The notes under the pieces are model-generated. The model was not told where the DNA came from and did not search any database. It worked only from the letters and a program-made list of their open reading frames with translations. From positions 8,763 through 72,762 of the forward strand of contig MCFE01000454.1 in assembly GCA_002104905.1 (NCBI GenBank): a stretch of DNA of 64,000 nucleotides, written 5' to 3'. This DNA comes from Basidiobolus meristosporus CBS 931.73. Lineage: Eukaryota > Fungi > Basidiobolomycota. The position numbers and the translations under genes were made by a program. Of this stretch, positions 47,628-60,610 are shown piece after piece (the stretch's first letter is position 1; the number at the start of each line of letters is the position of its first letter).

Positions 47628-50600
47628 CTATAGGTATTTTTTGGCCTGGAATCGTTTCAGGTGCAGCGACGAGCAGATCACAGTCACGGATGAAAGCACC
47701 ATGGCTAATCCGGCAAGTTCCGGAGGGAATGGGTGTAGCCATAGGGGATAAAACACACCAGCAGCTACTGGAATGGCCAGGAAGTTGTAGAAAAAGGCCC
47801 ACGCGAAGTTGTATCGGATTCTGCGAAGTACTTTCGCAGAAAGATCAAGCATGGTAAGAAGCGAGATAAGATTAGGCGTATTAAGAATAATGGATGCTGC
47901 CTCAATGGCGATATCAGTTCCAGAGGATGGTGAGATGCCAACGTCGGCCTGAGCCAATGCGGGGGAATCATTGATACCATCTCCCACCATTGCCACTACT
48001 GCGTTTCTATGGTTGGGCATGCCGTCGCGAAGCCATGGGAAGTACCGTCCTTTGAAGGTACGAGCGGGGTCGATCGAGACGCCTTGGGCTTGAAGGGATG
48101 CCACTTTGGAGGCCTTCTCTTCGGGCACAACCTGGGCCATTACTCTCTCCGGTTTAATCCCTATCTCGCGTGCAATTGCCGTAGCAGAGATACGATGATC
48201 ACCGGTGAGCATCCACACTTGAATTCCACGCTTTTCGAGCTCGCGAATGATCTCGGCGGTGTGCTCACGGGGACGATCAGCTACTCCAAGGGTAAGTACG
48301 ATGAACCCATTGATAGCAACCTGCACAATCGAGGCACCGGTATTTTGGAATGCCTCGATCTCCCGATCTTCAGTCTGCTTGTCAGTAATCGAGCTAGCAT
48401 ACTGGCTACCAATAGATGTGATCCAACCCGGGCTTCCAATTTGGATTGTCAGAGACGCGAATTCCAGATCCGATTCTTGACCGGCATTCTTGGAGTAGAT
48501 GAATTCGGGGAAGACTTTGGCCTCTGGACTGGTCGACACGTTGATCACTGCCTCAATCCCCTTACCTGGGACCTCTTGACAAGAGTCAACTTCAAAAGGA
48601 ACTACTGATGAGTAGTCGGCGGGCAGATTGCCATCACTAGTTTGCTTTTCCGAGGCTTTCTTCTGGTCAACAAGTGGGGCAATGATATCAGTGGCATACT
48701 GCACCACTGCGCGAGCCAAGGGATGCTCTGAGCCACTTTCTAGCTTGTGGACGAGCTCCCATAGAAGGCGCTCTGCGTCGGAAAGAATCAATGTCTTGGT
48801 GTCGTCATCAGATTTCTGGACTGGAGTGCTAGCTCCGTATGTAATCCTGTCCGCGCTAAGATACATCCTCACTCCATTGACGATTGGCTTACCAATGGTC
48901 AATGTCCCGGTCTTGTCGAAAACAATGGCGTCAAGTCGGTTGATCATTTCCAAGGCTAAACCTCCACCTTTGATCAGAATTCCATGTTTGGCGGCAACAC
49001 CGGTTCCAACCATGATGGCTGTGGGAGAGGCCAGCCCTAAACCGCAGGGACATGCGATGACGAGCACGGTGATGGCAAACCACAAAGCGAAAACACCTGG
49101 TGAGGTTTTCTGCTTGGTAATCCATTCAGTGGGAACGTGTCCGGTATATCCTAGTGAACACCAGAGAATAAAGGTGATGATCGCTAGAGCGACAACCAGT
49201 GGAACAAACACACCAGAGAGCATATCAGCGAGCTGTTCCATTGGGGCCTTCTTGGCTGATTGTGCATCCTGGACAAGCTTGATGATGCGGGAAAGTGTGG
49301 TATCGGCTCCCACCTTTTCAGCTACGAAGTAGACGGGGGATGTCAAGTTGAGGGTTGCAGATATGACGCGGTCACCATTTTCGGCACTCTTTCTGACTGG
49401 AATGGATTCGCCGGTGATAGTGGATTCATCAAATGTGGATGTGCCATGGTAAAGGGTACCATCGCAAGGAATACGTGTTCCAGGGTTGACTTTTAGTATG
49501 TCTCCTTGTTGAACAAGAGCAAAATCGATCTCCTCTTCTTGGGCGTTCTCGATGGGCTGGCCTTCTTTGATGGTCACAAGTGTTGCAGTTTCTGCCTGGA
49601 GCTCCATAAGCTTACTGATGGTGTCAAAGGTTTTTCCCTTAGCGTGAGCTTCGAGGAACTTGCCAAACAGAATGAAGGTTATCAGGTAGATGGTTGTATC
49701 GAAAAATTGATGACTCTCAGATGCGCTTTTCTCAACAATGTTGGCGATACACGTCCCTACTGAAGCAAAGTAGGCTACGCCAGTACCCAAAGAGACAAGT
49801 ACATCCATGTTTGCTGTATGCGCATACCGCAACGATTTGTAGGCTTTACGGTAGAAAGGCCAGGCGAGAAAGAATTGAACAGGGGTAGCCAGGATCCACA
49901 TAATGAGAAATGATACACTGAGCCCTGGGCAAACCTCAGAGGCAAAAGCTCTGCGGACTTTGTTTTCCTTTGATAGCGCAACATCAAAGATAATTCCGAT
50001 GATGAAAGCAGGAATGGCGAAGCTGAGTGCCCAAAGAAAACGAATAAGAAGGGAGCGTGTTTCACGAGAGTGGCGCTCTTGGATGGATGGCCCTTTGGTG
50101 CTGGGTTGCACAATAGTAGCCTCATATCCCAGGTCAGAAATAAGCTCCACCAGGGTACGTGGGCCCACCTTTGTCGGATCATGAACTACCACTCCGGATT
50201 GCATAAGAAGGTTGATCTGACACGAAATGATCCCATCATGCTCACGGAGGTTGGACTCTATACTATTAACACAGGAAGAGCAGGTCATACCAGTGATGTT
50301 CAAATTGGTGGTGAGGGTGGTGTTTTCATCGGAGTCCTCTTTATCGGATGAGTCCTTTTCTTGAATGGTCTCCCACTGCAAATCGACTAGATCATAGCCG
50401 ATGTTGGAGACAGCTTCGTTGATTGTCTTTCCTAGTGCTTCTTGATCTTCACTCGCGAACACCGCCACTCCACGGCCGGTGAGAGCACTGACACTGATGG
50501 TGCCTTCAACGATGCTTTCAATAGCAGACAGGGCCTTTTCGGTGGTTTTCACACAGGAAGAACACGTCATCCCTTCGATCTGCATAGTGGCACGGCTCAT

Positions 50601-51213
50601 GGTAACCATATTCTTGGTTGGTTTCTTTTTGTTGATAACTTCCCACTGCAAGTCGACCAAGTCATACCCGATATTGGATATCGCCTCCTCGATGATCTTC
50701 CCAAGACTTGCTTGATCTCCATTTGTGAATACGGCTACACCACGACCCGTCAGTGCACTGACACTGATTGACTCTGGAAGTATGGATTCGATGGCTGTCA
50801 ACGCCTTTTCCGTGGTTTTGACGCATGAGGAGCAAGTCATTCCCCTCGATCTGCATGATAGCACGATACTCCAGAGATTCCTTGCTTTCTGTTGGTACAG
50901 TGGTTGGGTTCTGTGACTGATTTGCGATAATCTCCCATTGGAGATCAACCAAATCGTAACCAATGTTTGAGATAGACTTCTCGATGGCTTTACTTAGCCT
51001 GTCGCGATCGTCAAGTGTGAAACTGGCTACGCCACGGCCAGTCAATGAACTGACACTGATGGAGTCTATGACGATTGAGTCGATTGCTGCCAAGGCTTTT
51101 TCCGTGCTTTTGACGCATGACGAGCAGGTCATTCCCTCAATTTGCATGATGGCCCGATATAGGAAGCTCTGGTCAGGTTGAGAAACTTTAATACTCTGTA
51201 GCTCTGACGACAT
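47628..51213 (-). CDS. CCC2: Cu(I)-transporting P1B-1 ATPase with four N-terminal HMA domains (CCC2/ATP7-like); apparent 1-nt insertion near 50845
   Basis: Four GMTCSSC motifs, TGES, CPC, DKTGT, SEHP, GDGIND, YN and MxxSS. The two ORFs (50662-51213 and 47628-50963) join at the gggg run in HMA2. Orthology to CCC2 rather than a Crp1-type exporter is not resolved. Confidence 0.95.
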
Positions 51214-54200
51214 TTCAGTCTGAACTGTTTGTATGAATAGCGTATATTAATGAGGGATGAAGGTAAGGTAATTAGTGAGTTAATGAATGTGAGGTTGGTT
51301 GTTACACGGTTGACTTTATATTATTCCTGATGTCCTGAAGCTTACCTAATTTAGCATTTCCCAGCAAAGTCAAAGATCCTCAAGAAATTTCTGTTTCTGG
51401 ATTGATGAGTTAAGGTGGGAGCGCGATTTCAGCTATTGGTCAATATGTCAGTATACAACCGAATTTCTCATTTCTTGGAATTCGAAAATCAATTGGATTA
51501 GTGATTTGACTGAAAATCTGATTACACATTAGCCAATGCCACTCTCGGATTTCTATAGATTTGTAATTAAATCGAATAATCTTGTCTAACAAACAAATAT
51601 ACTAGTTCTAGAAAGATACTTCAAAAAGCGGCCAAAATCCCTCATATTCATGATCGTAATAGACAATGAGCCTCAGCTTGCTAAACTATATTCATGGTTT
51701 TCTAGATTTTTGTTCTTGTGGATGGAAATTTGTTGCTCTTGGATTTTATGATCAGAACAATTAGTGCATAATAGCCCAAGACGTCAATGTTTAAGGAGAT
51801 GAAGCACAGTATGTGTACCTTGAGGGCTATGATATCGCTACTATGACTAATACCATTGGCATGCTCCTGTGCTTTCAAGTATATTTGATTAGTCAAGATT
51901 GTACTCGATGACATCTATCTATCATAGTGGAATCACTTCACAACATACCACCACAAGGAGAGTCTACGCGCAAGAGCAAAAAGTCAATCCGTTATACTAT
52001 CATAGCTCTACGCCACCATAACTAGCAGTAACTTTGTCCTAATCATAGCCAAAGCATGCGCGTTTTATCACCTATAGCGACCATAATAACAATGGGATTG
52101 CATCTTGTTTTCCCGACCAAAGCTGCTAGCAGTAGTAGGAATTCGAAGTATTGCACCAGACTCGTTAGGGATGTATATTCCAGATCGTTTTCGATCGAAT
52201 ACTGAATACATAAGTTACGGATGGGGAGTACCCAACCCCCACGTAATCCAAAATTATTGGTGATTTTGTAGACACCTATCAAAAAAGCCTATTGTGTTGG
52301 TAGATACGTCACAGACTTGATAGAGTCTGAAATGGCTGGAGCTTTGCAGCATCCCAACCTCGGGCAAATCAGATGTACTGGCGGTTTCCTGGTCATGAAG
52401 TTGTTCTCCTCACCCGCTTCCGATACATGATCATTTTCAAGGAACGTTACCTCCTTTTAGCAGGCCTTCACTTGCTCAATACATGGCTCAGCACCCTAAC
52501 TGACTTGCGAATAGCCAAGAGGTAAAGCAGCGATAATATGCAAGGAAGAAATAATAGAGATAAGTAAGGGGATGGTAGTTCTCGCTATTAGATATTTGCT
52601 GTTATACATAGATGTTTCGAGTATACGCTACTTTCAGGGTCTAGCTACAGATTCTTCCATTACCAAGCTGAATACTCGTACAGGGTAGATGAGTTCTACT
52701 GTCCAAACATAAAACCACGCTACTTTTTGGCTGCTATACAACGTCCACCGATACTTGGAATCGAATAATCGACACTCATGATTAGATTTGCCAACCACTT
52801 ATTAGGGAGAAACCATTATCCTTAACCAGTCAAAATCTTCAATTTCCATAAATAACCATGCGGACACTGGAATAATTTTATAGCAATTAGATGACCGAGT
52901 GTGATAGATGGGGTGAGGTATTTTTGCCGAATGGGTCACATCTAAATGCTTATCGATGGGCCAATGTATGGATATGCCTAGTGCAAGTTTGATTCACTGG
53001 AATTATCCCAACTACGTTGTGGAGACGTACACTACAACGGAAAAATACCAAGATTTTCATGTTATTCGGAGCATGGGAGTGAGGCTTAGTCTCGCTTCAT
53101 ATGAGTAATCCGCTAGAACCTATAGCATCCCAAAAGCAAGGTATGTTCTGTAACCGCAATGAATGGCTAATGAAATAGCCATGATATGTTATTTCCCATC
53201 GGATTGTGAGATAAGGTTATTAAGCCTGTAGTCTGCTCCACATCCAGATCTTCGGCAGGCAACAAAAATACAAGTCTTGGGCTATTCCAATCGACTCTTT
53301 GGGGCGGCAACATGGAATAGTCTACATATCTGACTAGTAAAGTCAGTTTTGCTGAAAATATAGTCCGAAAATACTAATTGCGGGAAGAGAATTCATTGCG
53401 TTCCGAAAATACCTGGGAAATCATTGAGCCACCAAATATAGTCAGTCTTGATCTGCAGAGTCCGATGGAAATTCCCTAGTCTGAATGTAGGAGTCACAAT
53501 GTCTTGTTAGCAATATGGCTCGCTTAATGCTCGAGATGGCTCAGTTGTAGTTCAGTGCTTATAAGCAATCTACCAACTGGTAGAGACGGTGTGCTTATTC
53601 CACAGTGCTGGCAATAGCTTTGTAGCTGTACAGTTGATTATATCCAAGGTTTTCCATAAGTATATGACAAAATAGAATGCTGCGTCAATTGTACCCAAAT
53701 TTCAGGATATTATTGAATGGATATCTTGCCAAAATCAATTAAGCAGTTCAGTACATTCTCCCATTTCCATAATGATTTGCTTACCGAAATTGATCAATTC
53801 TACAGCTATACTGGAACCAATACCGGAACCAATACCGGAAACAGTGAAGCGCTAGACTGTAATAGGATCTTGATTAGTGGCATTTTATGCTATGCTGTAG
53901 TCTCTACACTCACAGTTGTTGAATGTTGCGTTCAAAGACAAGGGAGATGGAAAAATATAATTCCAATAGATCAACATCCCAAATTCATGGAAGTCTACTG
54001 ATACGAATATACCGAAAAGTTTCTTTATTGCGCTGTGCTTGAGTGCGTCTACGGCAGACTTGATTTATTCCCATTGGCTGACAGATAAGGTTCGGTAAGC
54101 CAGAAATCTAATTCAAATCCCGATCTTTGACATACAATCATGGCGCCCCATATGGTCAAATGTGGCAGCTCAACATTTAATGATAAGCGTTAAAGTCAGT

Positions 54201-54324
54201 GTGACTGAAAATATAACCCGAAATTACCAATTGAGGGAGGTGACATTTTCCGGCTTCAAGGATGTTGGTTGTGTGAAGAAGTATAAATATGCAGTACTAG
54301 TCATTTCGTCATGTATACATCAAA

Positions 54325-55479
54325 ATGAAAGGTCCCTTCGCAGAGCTTTCGCATCCACGCGAGATTATTAAGAATTTCATTCCAGGTTGGTTTGCAGTGA
54401 ACATGGGAACTGGGATTACTGGTATTGTAATTGCCAATTTCCCGTTCCCATTTCGTGGCATGGTAGCCATTGGGTCGATTTTCTTCCTAGCAAACGTATC
54501 CATGTTCTGTCTGTTTACGCTACTATTTGTGGCAAGAATCATAATGTTCCCTGAAACAATACCTCCGTTGCTTAAGCACAGCCAGTGCCTAATGCTGAGT
54601 ACCATTCCCATGGGGCTGACTACGTTGACGAACTATATTATCCTAGTGGTGGTTCCCACGCATTCCTGGGCCTTGGAGCTAGCTTATGTCCTGTGGTGGA
54701 TTGAGTTCGTCTTCACGCTTTTCAGCATATTTGGCATTCCGTTCTATATGATGAGGTTTCATCTACTTAAAATAGAGACGGCAAACGGAGCTTGGCTTTT
54801 ACCATTGGTCCCAGCCGTGGTCACTGGGGCATCCGGTTGTTATCTTTCACGCTACCTGGAGAGTGAAGGTCACAGAGCCCTCATGATCCTGACCATTTCT
54901 AGTATCACCCTAGGCTGTGGGCTGTCCTTAGCGCTTCCGGTGATTGGAATCTACTTCTACCGACTGATAGCCCATGACTTCCCATCCGAGGATGTCGTTA
55001 TTACTGCTTTTCTCCCTGTTGGGCCATTAGGCCAAGGAACATACGGCATCATTGAGATGGGCTGGGCATGTCAGAAGGTGATTGGGGATAAATATGCGCC
55101 TGGGTTTGGCAACAGTGCCTTCACAGTTTGCGTAATCATTGCGTTTTTCCTGTGGGGCTATGGGATTTGGTATCTAAGCTTTGCTATAGCATCGATTGGT
55201 GTTAGGCGGCGAGCCGGGATCCGTTTCAACATGGGCTGGTGGGGACTTACATTCCCGATCGGAGTACTCACAGCAGGAACCCTCAATATCGCTTTAGCAA
55301 CCGAATCTAGGTTTTTCCTGGGAATCACTTCCTTATTCGTGTGCAGCTTAGTATTGATTTGGTTCATGGTTGCGTACAGAACCTTGTGCAGGATCTATAC
55401 AGGCCAGATATTCCGAGCGCCTTGTCTCGAAACTACCCTCAAAAATGGTGAAACCGAAATGCAGGTGTGTGCTCACTGA
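54325..55479 (+). CDS. SSU1: SLAC1/TDT-family transporter, sulfite efflux pump-like
   Basis: REIIKNFIPGWFAVNMGTGI, WLLPLVP.V, AFLPVGPLGQG and FNMGWWGLTFP; about 10 hydrophobic segments. Confidence 0.9.
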   Translation: MKGPFAELSHPREIIKNFIPGWFAVNMGTGITGIVIANFPFPFRGMVAIGSIFFLANVSMFCLFTLLFVARIIMFPETIPPLLKHSQCLMLSTIPMGLTTLTNYIILVVVPTHSWALELAYVLWWIEFVFTLFSIFGIPFYMMRFHLLKIETANGAWLLPLVPAVVTGASGCYLSRYLESEGHRALMILTISSITLGCGLSLALPVIGIYFYRLIAHDFPSEDVVITAFLPVGPLGQGTYGIIEMGWACQKVIGDKYAPGFGNSAFTVCVIIAFFLWGYGIWYLSFAIASIGVRRRAGIRFNMGWWGLTFPIGVLTAGTLNIALATESRFFLGITSLFVCSLVLIWFMVAYRTLCRIYTGQIFRAPCLETTLKNGETEMQVCAH

Positions 55480-56144
55480 CCAATATAGACTGTAGATTGT
55501 TTCAAATGCACAATTAAAGACTTTGTAAATCCATAAAATCATGTCGGCCATTTCGTTCAGAGGAAATATGTTATGATTGTAGTGATATTAGGATTTGGCG
55601 TCAATCTTACGCAAAGAAAGTCAAGATACCTTTAAAAAGGTTATTTATAGCTTGCGATCTGGTATTCATCATGAGGTAACAGCTTAATCTTGAAGGTTTC
55701 AGTTATAGAGCCAGAATCTTACATCTTAAACTATACAAGATAACAAACGTAATTGAATTGTCTACGTATAAGGTAAACCAGCTGTATGAAAAATTGGAGT
55801 GTGATGCTGAGCTAGGGTGTAGTTATTGTAGCAAAGGATAGCAGACAAGTACAGAACTGTTTGTAAATAGAGAACTTTAAAGTATTGCAAAACTCTTGGG
55901 GTATTGGAATGGATATAGAGAACTAGAAGGACTGCATACTACTCACTTGTTATCTATGGAGTCCAAGTGTAATGCTTATGCATGTTGTAAAGTTTGCAAC
56001 TACTCATAAATATTCACTTAACTTAGCCATTTAGATCACAGTCTACAAATCTTGGAGTAATATGCCCAAATTTCTTGTCTAGATATACTCTAGTATTAAA
56101 CCAAATATGAAGTACCCAGAATGCAAAAAACTGATAAGCTGTCT

Positions 56145-56664
56145 GGGGGGGAGACAGTCACCAACAGGTGAAATCTTTATTTCAGTTGAAACAAAGAAGC
56201 CAGTGCTACTGTTGTGCTTTAATACAAGAGTGTGTAGCTGAGGGGAATTTGTAGGTAAGTTAACAAGAAGTGATGATAGTTCTTCAGTGCTCAAGACACT
56301 GTTCAGTGGGAAGGGGGGTAGCCACAGGGGTAAGAATGATTTGTGAACAACATTAATGAGGGGAATATGATAAGGATTGATATTCATCATAAAGGGAGTG
56401 TGCTGCTGCAGATATTGCTGCCAAAGGTCTGCCAAGTACTTCAGGTATGCCAGCTTGGGTTTTTCTGACTGCAGAATAAATTGAGCAAACTTCTTGACTT
56501 CAGGATCTCCAAGTATAGTTCTCCAGCAGGAGTCAGGTGTAGTGTGGTGTGTTCTCTTCCAGGCCTTAATCAGTGGGTTGTTGCAGTGGTGAAGTCTGAG
56601 ATATAATCTGATTCTAAGGTAGAGAAGTCTGATCTTATAGGGCATAAACCCAAAAGCACCAAGA
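56145..56664 (-). mobile_element. LINE family A, 3' fragment (~520 bp)
   Basis: Near-duplicate of 58330-58849, with an AATAAA signal and TCACC/GGTGA hairpin tail. Confidence 0.85.
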
Positions 56665-57798
56665 GGTTAGGGAGGGAAAGTCACCAAGTGGGTGAAATCT
56701 TTATTTGAGTCAAGAACTAATCCAAGTACAAATAAAGAAGCCAATTAAGAGGTCTAGAACCTCTCTGATAAGTAGTCTAATTTATGTTTTGTTTCATCTC
56801 TAATGTTTGTTTCAATAAAGTAGAGCTCATCTGGGTTAAATATAAAATTCAAGGGTTCTGGGGGAAGTACAAAATGTAGATGTTTCTGATCAATATAATC
56901 CAAGACTGGAACCCAGCCTGGGATTAGGTGTAGTAGGAAAGGTGTGTGGACTTGTAAGTAGCTCTGCCACATAGATCTAAGATGGTCCTGAGCCAGTAGT
57001 CTTGGTTTCTCAGCTTTTTGAAGTTTTGAAGCAAGCTCTGTTACTACAGTGGAGCCTACCAGGGTGTACCAGCAAGAAGATTTTAGGGAGGAGTTAGATT
57101 TAAGCCATTGTTTGATGGAGGGGTTATGTGATTTCTGAAGTTTCACTAGGAAGGAAGCATGGAGATAGACCATTTGGATTTGGTATGGGTAGAACCCAAA
57201 GGCTCCATTAGTTGCATGGATATAGGGAGATACTGGAAAATAAGGTACCAAGGATCTGATACACTGATGGATAAATTTATCCAGGCGGTGAAGTTCTCTG
57301 GAGGTTAGGGGTATAATGTGGAGACCAAACTCAAGTACTGGTAGTACATACTGCTTCAGAAGTATAGGGATCTTTTGAATTGGAGTTTCTGGAGTGACTA
57401 CTACCAGAAGCTTTTTAAGAGCCTGTTGGGAAAGATGGATCCTATTATTCAGGTGGAGCTTTGAGTCAATACCATGTTGTCAAAATGGCAGACCCAGATA
57501 TATTGCTGTTTGCTTTGGCAGAATGCTAGTGTTCTGTATAGTTGTAGTGCACCCAATTGGGACTGTCTTGGAAATGGAGAGTGAGAGGTTGTTGGCAGCC
57601 AAGTACTTCTCAATGATGGCAGTGTCTGTTATGGGATTAGGAGTTGCAATCTTGATATCATCTGCATAGAGAGTTAGTAGTGGATAGGGAGAGTCTGGTG
57701 AGGGGCCTTTTGGAAATAAAGGAAAGTCATGCAGAAATATCACAAATAGTAAGGGACCTAGTACAGATCCTTGGACTACACCATTTGGAACCTCATAA
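56665..57798 (-). mobile_element. LINE family B, 3' fragment (~1.13 kb; partial RT and C-terminus)
   Basis: GVVQGSVLGPLLF..LYADD (57480-57821 ORF); near-duplicate of 60611-61742. Confidence 0.88.
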
Positions 57799-57799
57799 G

Positions 57800-58324
57800 T
57801 TAGGGGGAGGAAAGTCACCAAATGGTGAAATCTTTATTTACTTATGACAAGTATCTAAAGAAGCCAAGTTAATTTGAAGTTATTCCTAGAAAGCTAGGTC
57901 TGAGAGATATCTTCCTGGTAAGCCAGGTCTGAGAGTTGAGAAGCTGAGTGGTACTATATTTCCTAGTTAGCTAGGTCTGAGAGTGGTTTCCTGGAAAGCC
58001 AGGCCTGAGAAGTGAGAATCTGAATATATCTGAGCTAAGTTATACTGGTTTGCGGTAGCTGAATTGTGGCCGGAATGGCCAGTAGACTGGGGGAACTGAG
58101 ATGTATTTCTGGGCGATCACTGGCCAAATTTACTAGGCAAATCTGGCCAAGTAGCATTTCAAGGATTTCAGCCAATCAGAGCCTTTACTTTGCCCAATGG
58201 TTGATCAAGCCATCTCCCAATGAGCACACATCAATTTATTAATCAAATTTTGCTGGATCCAGGATTTGAACCCACAACCATGGGTATGGAAGGGTTAGGG
58301 ATAACCACAAGGCTAAGTGTTCTT
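57800..58324 (-). mobile_element. tRNA-derived SINE, copy 1
   Basis: Minus-strand head with A-box-like TAGCCTTGTGG and B-box GGTTCAAATCC about 32 nt apart; non-coding body with GC(C/T)AGGTCTGAGAG repeats; 3' tail shared with the LINEs. Confidence 0.72.
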
Positions 58325-60060
58325 GGTTAGGGGGGGAGACAGTCACCAACAGGTGAAATCTTTATTTCAGTTGAAACAAAGAAGCCAGCACTACTGTTGT
58401 AGCTTTGATACAAGAGTGTGTAGCTGAGGGGAATTTGTAGGTAAGTTAACAAGAAGTGATGATAGTTCTTCAGTGCTCAAGACACTGTTCAGTGGGAAGG
58501 GGGGTAGCAAGAGAGGTAAGAATGACTTGTGAACAACATTAATGAGGGGAATGTGATAAGGATTGATATTCATCATAAAGGGAGTGTGCTGCTGCAGATA
58601 TTGCTGCCAAAGGTCTGCCAAGTACTTCAGGTAGGCCAGCTTGGGTTTTTCTGACTGCAGAATAAATTGAGCAAACTTCTTGACTTCAGGATCTCCAAGT
58701 ATAGTTCTCCAGCAGGAGTCAGGTGTAGTGTGGTGTGTTCTCTTCCAGGCCTTAATCAGTGGGTTGTTGCAGTGGTGAAGTCTGAGATATAATCTGGTTC
58801 TAAGGTAGAGAAGTCTGATCTTATAGGGCAAAAACCCAAAAGCACCAAGAATAGCATGTCTGTAGGGGCATTCAGGCAAATGAGGCACCAAGGAGGTAAT
58901 GCACCATACTGCAAACTTGTCAAGCTTAGTGCAGTCTCTAGAAGTAAGAGAGAGAAGTGGTAAGCCAAATTCCAGGACAGGGAAGACAAACTGCTTGAGT
59001 AGAAGGAGGCAGCTGGGAGCTGAAGTTGTAGGAGGAGTAACAGCCAGTAGCTTGTGGAGTGCCTGTCTTGCCAGGATAATTCTCTTCTTCAGGTGTGCTC
59101 CAGAGTCTAGTCCAGTAGGAAGGAAAGGAAAGCCAAGATATGTAGCAGAAACCTGAGCAGGTAGAGTGGAGTTCTCCAAGTTGATGGGAGAGCCCAAAGG
59201 TACTGTCTTTGCAATGGAAAGCTGGAGATTATTCTTCTGCAGATACTGGCAGATGGTCTGGGAGTCTTGTTGCACATTGGAGGAGGATATTCTGATGTCA
59301 TCAGCAAAGAGAGTAACCAGGCAGTCAGCTGAGAGTCTTGGGAAATCATTCAGGAAGATGGCAAACAGTATAGGACCAAGCACAGAGCCTTGAACCACTC
59401 CATTTGGAACTGAGAACACTGGTGATTGCTCACTTGGGTGCAGAATTCTTGCTTGTGGATCCAGAAACAGAGACCTGACAAGGAAGGTGAGAGAGGTACT
59501 GGAGAAGCATTGCAACTTCGACCAAAGCAGATTTCTGTCAACTGAATCAAAGGCCTTAGTAATATCAAACAGAACAGAGGGATACTTGCACTGGAGAGAG
59601 TGATCTTGGCTAAGTATGACTGCATATTCCAAGGAGAGGCCAGGAACAAAGCCAAACTGTGCAAGATGAAACTTGAGGGAGTCAGAGTAGAGCTCCTGAG
59701 CAAGCAGAAGCTCAAACACCTTTCTGCAGGTGGGCAGCAGAGATATTGGCCTGTAGGAGCTAGGATCCAGGTGCTTTCCTTTACCCTTGTACAGTGGCAG
59801 AACATTTGCAAAGGACCATTCCTCAGGAGTAGAAAGCTGGGCTGAGCATTGCTGAAACAGTGGAAGCAGAAGTGCAGACATGGCCTTGGTACTAGTCTTC
59901 AGAAGCTCATAGGAGATTGTGTCCACACCTGGAGCAGTAGAGTTGGGAAGCCTCTTGAGCACATTATGGACTCTCCCTTGATCAAGTGCAAGTGGGATGG
60001 GCAGAGTCTTGAAGTCAGGATGAAAGCCAGGAGTTGAGTACTGCTTTGTAGAGAAGAAGA
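58325..60060 (-). mobile_element. LINE family A, 5'-truncated, with an open RT ORF (58391-59962)
   Basis: APGVD, W..A.V.PLYKGKG..SYRPISLL, QFGF, FDITKAFDSVDR, GVVQGSVLGP and FADD motifs. Confidence 0.93.
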
Positions 60061-60061
60061 T

Positions 60062-60588
60062 GGGTAGGGGAGGAAAGTCACCAAGTGGTGAAATCTTTAT
60101 TTACTTATGACAAGTATCTAAAGAAGCCATGTTAATCTGAAGTAATTCCTAGAAAGCTAGGTCTGAGAGATATCTTCCTGGTAAGCCAGGTCTGAGAGTT
60201 GAGAAGCTGAGTGGTACTATATTTCCTAGTTAGCTAGGTCTGAGAGAGGTTTCCTGGAAAGCCAGGCCTGAGAAGTGAGAATCTGAATATATCTGAGCTA
60301 AGTTATACTGGTTTGCGGTAGCTGAATTGTGGCCAGAATAGCCAGTAGACTGGGGGAGCTGAGATGAATATCTGGGCGATCACTGGCCAAATTTACTAGG
60401 CAAATCTGGCCAATTAGCATTTCAAGGATTTCAGCCAATCAAAGCCTTTACTTTGCCCAATGGTTGATCAAGCCATCTCCCAATGAGCACACATCAATTT
60501 TATTAATCAAATTTTGCTGGATTCAGGATTTGAACCCACAACCATGGGTATGGAAGGGTTAGGGATAACCACAAGGCTAAGTGTTCTT
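60062..60588 (-). mobile_element. tRNA-derived SINE, copy 2
   Basis: Near-identical to 57800-58324 over its full length, including the A/B-box head and hairpin tail. Confidence 0.72.
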
Positions 60589-60610
60589 GGTTAGGGAGGG
60601 AGACAGTCAC

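Noticed and set aside
20040-50850. Single-base frameshifts in cyclin L (~20045), VIP1 (~23627) and the Cu-ATPase (~50845), considered as pseudogenisation or programmed frameshifting
   Set aside because: All three fall in short homopolymer runs (aa, tt, gggg) inside otherwise intact conserved genes, which is typical of long-read indel error. Read mapping would settle it.
51976-51982. GAGCAAA (reverse complement of the Mac1-type copper-response core TTTGCTC) upstream of the Cu-ATPase
   Set aside because: A single 7-mer in about 3 kb of intergenic DNA is compatible with chance.
52043-52282. ORF starting IGVYKITN, reminiscent of a GIY-YIG endonuclease
   Set aside because: The YIG half-motif and the downstream Arg/Glu/Asn residues are absent, and the ORF is short.
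53717-54001. ORF beginning LPKSIKQFSTF, reminiscent of a LINE ORF2 C-terminus
   Set aside because: No upstream RT motifs are detectable and there is no match to the A or B families in this window.
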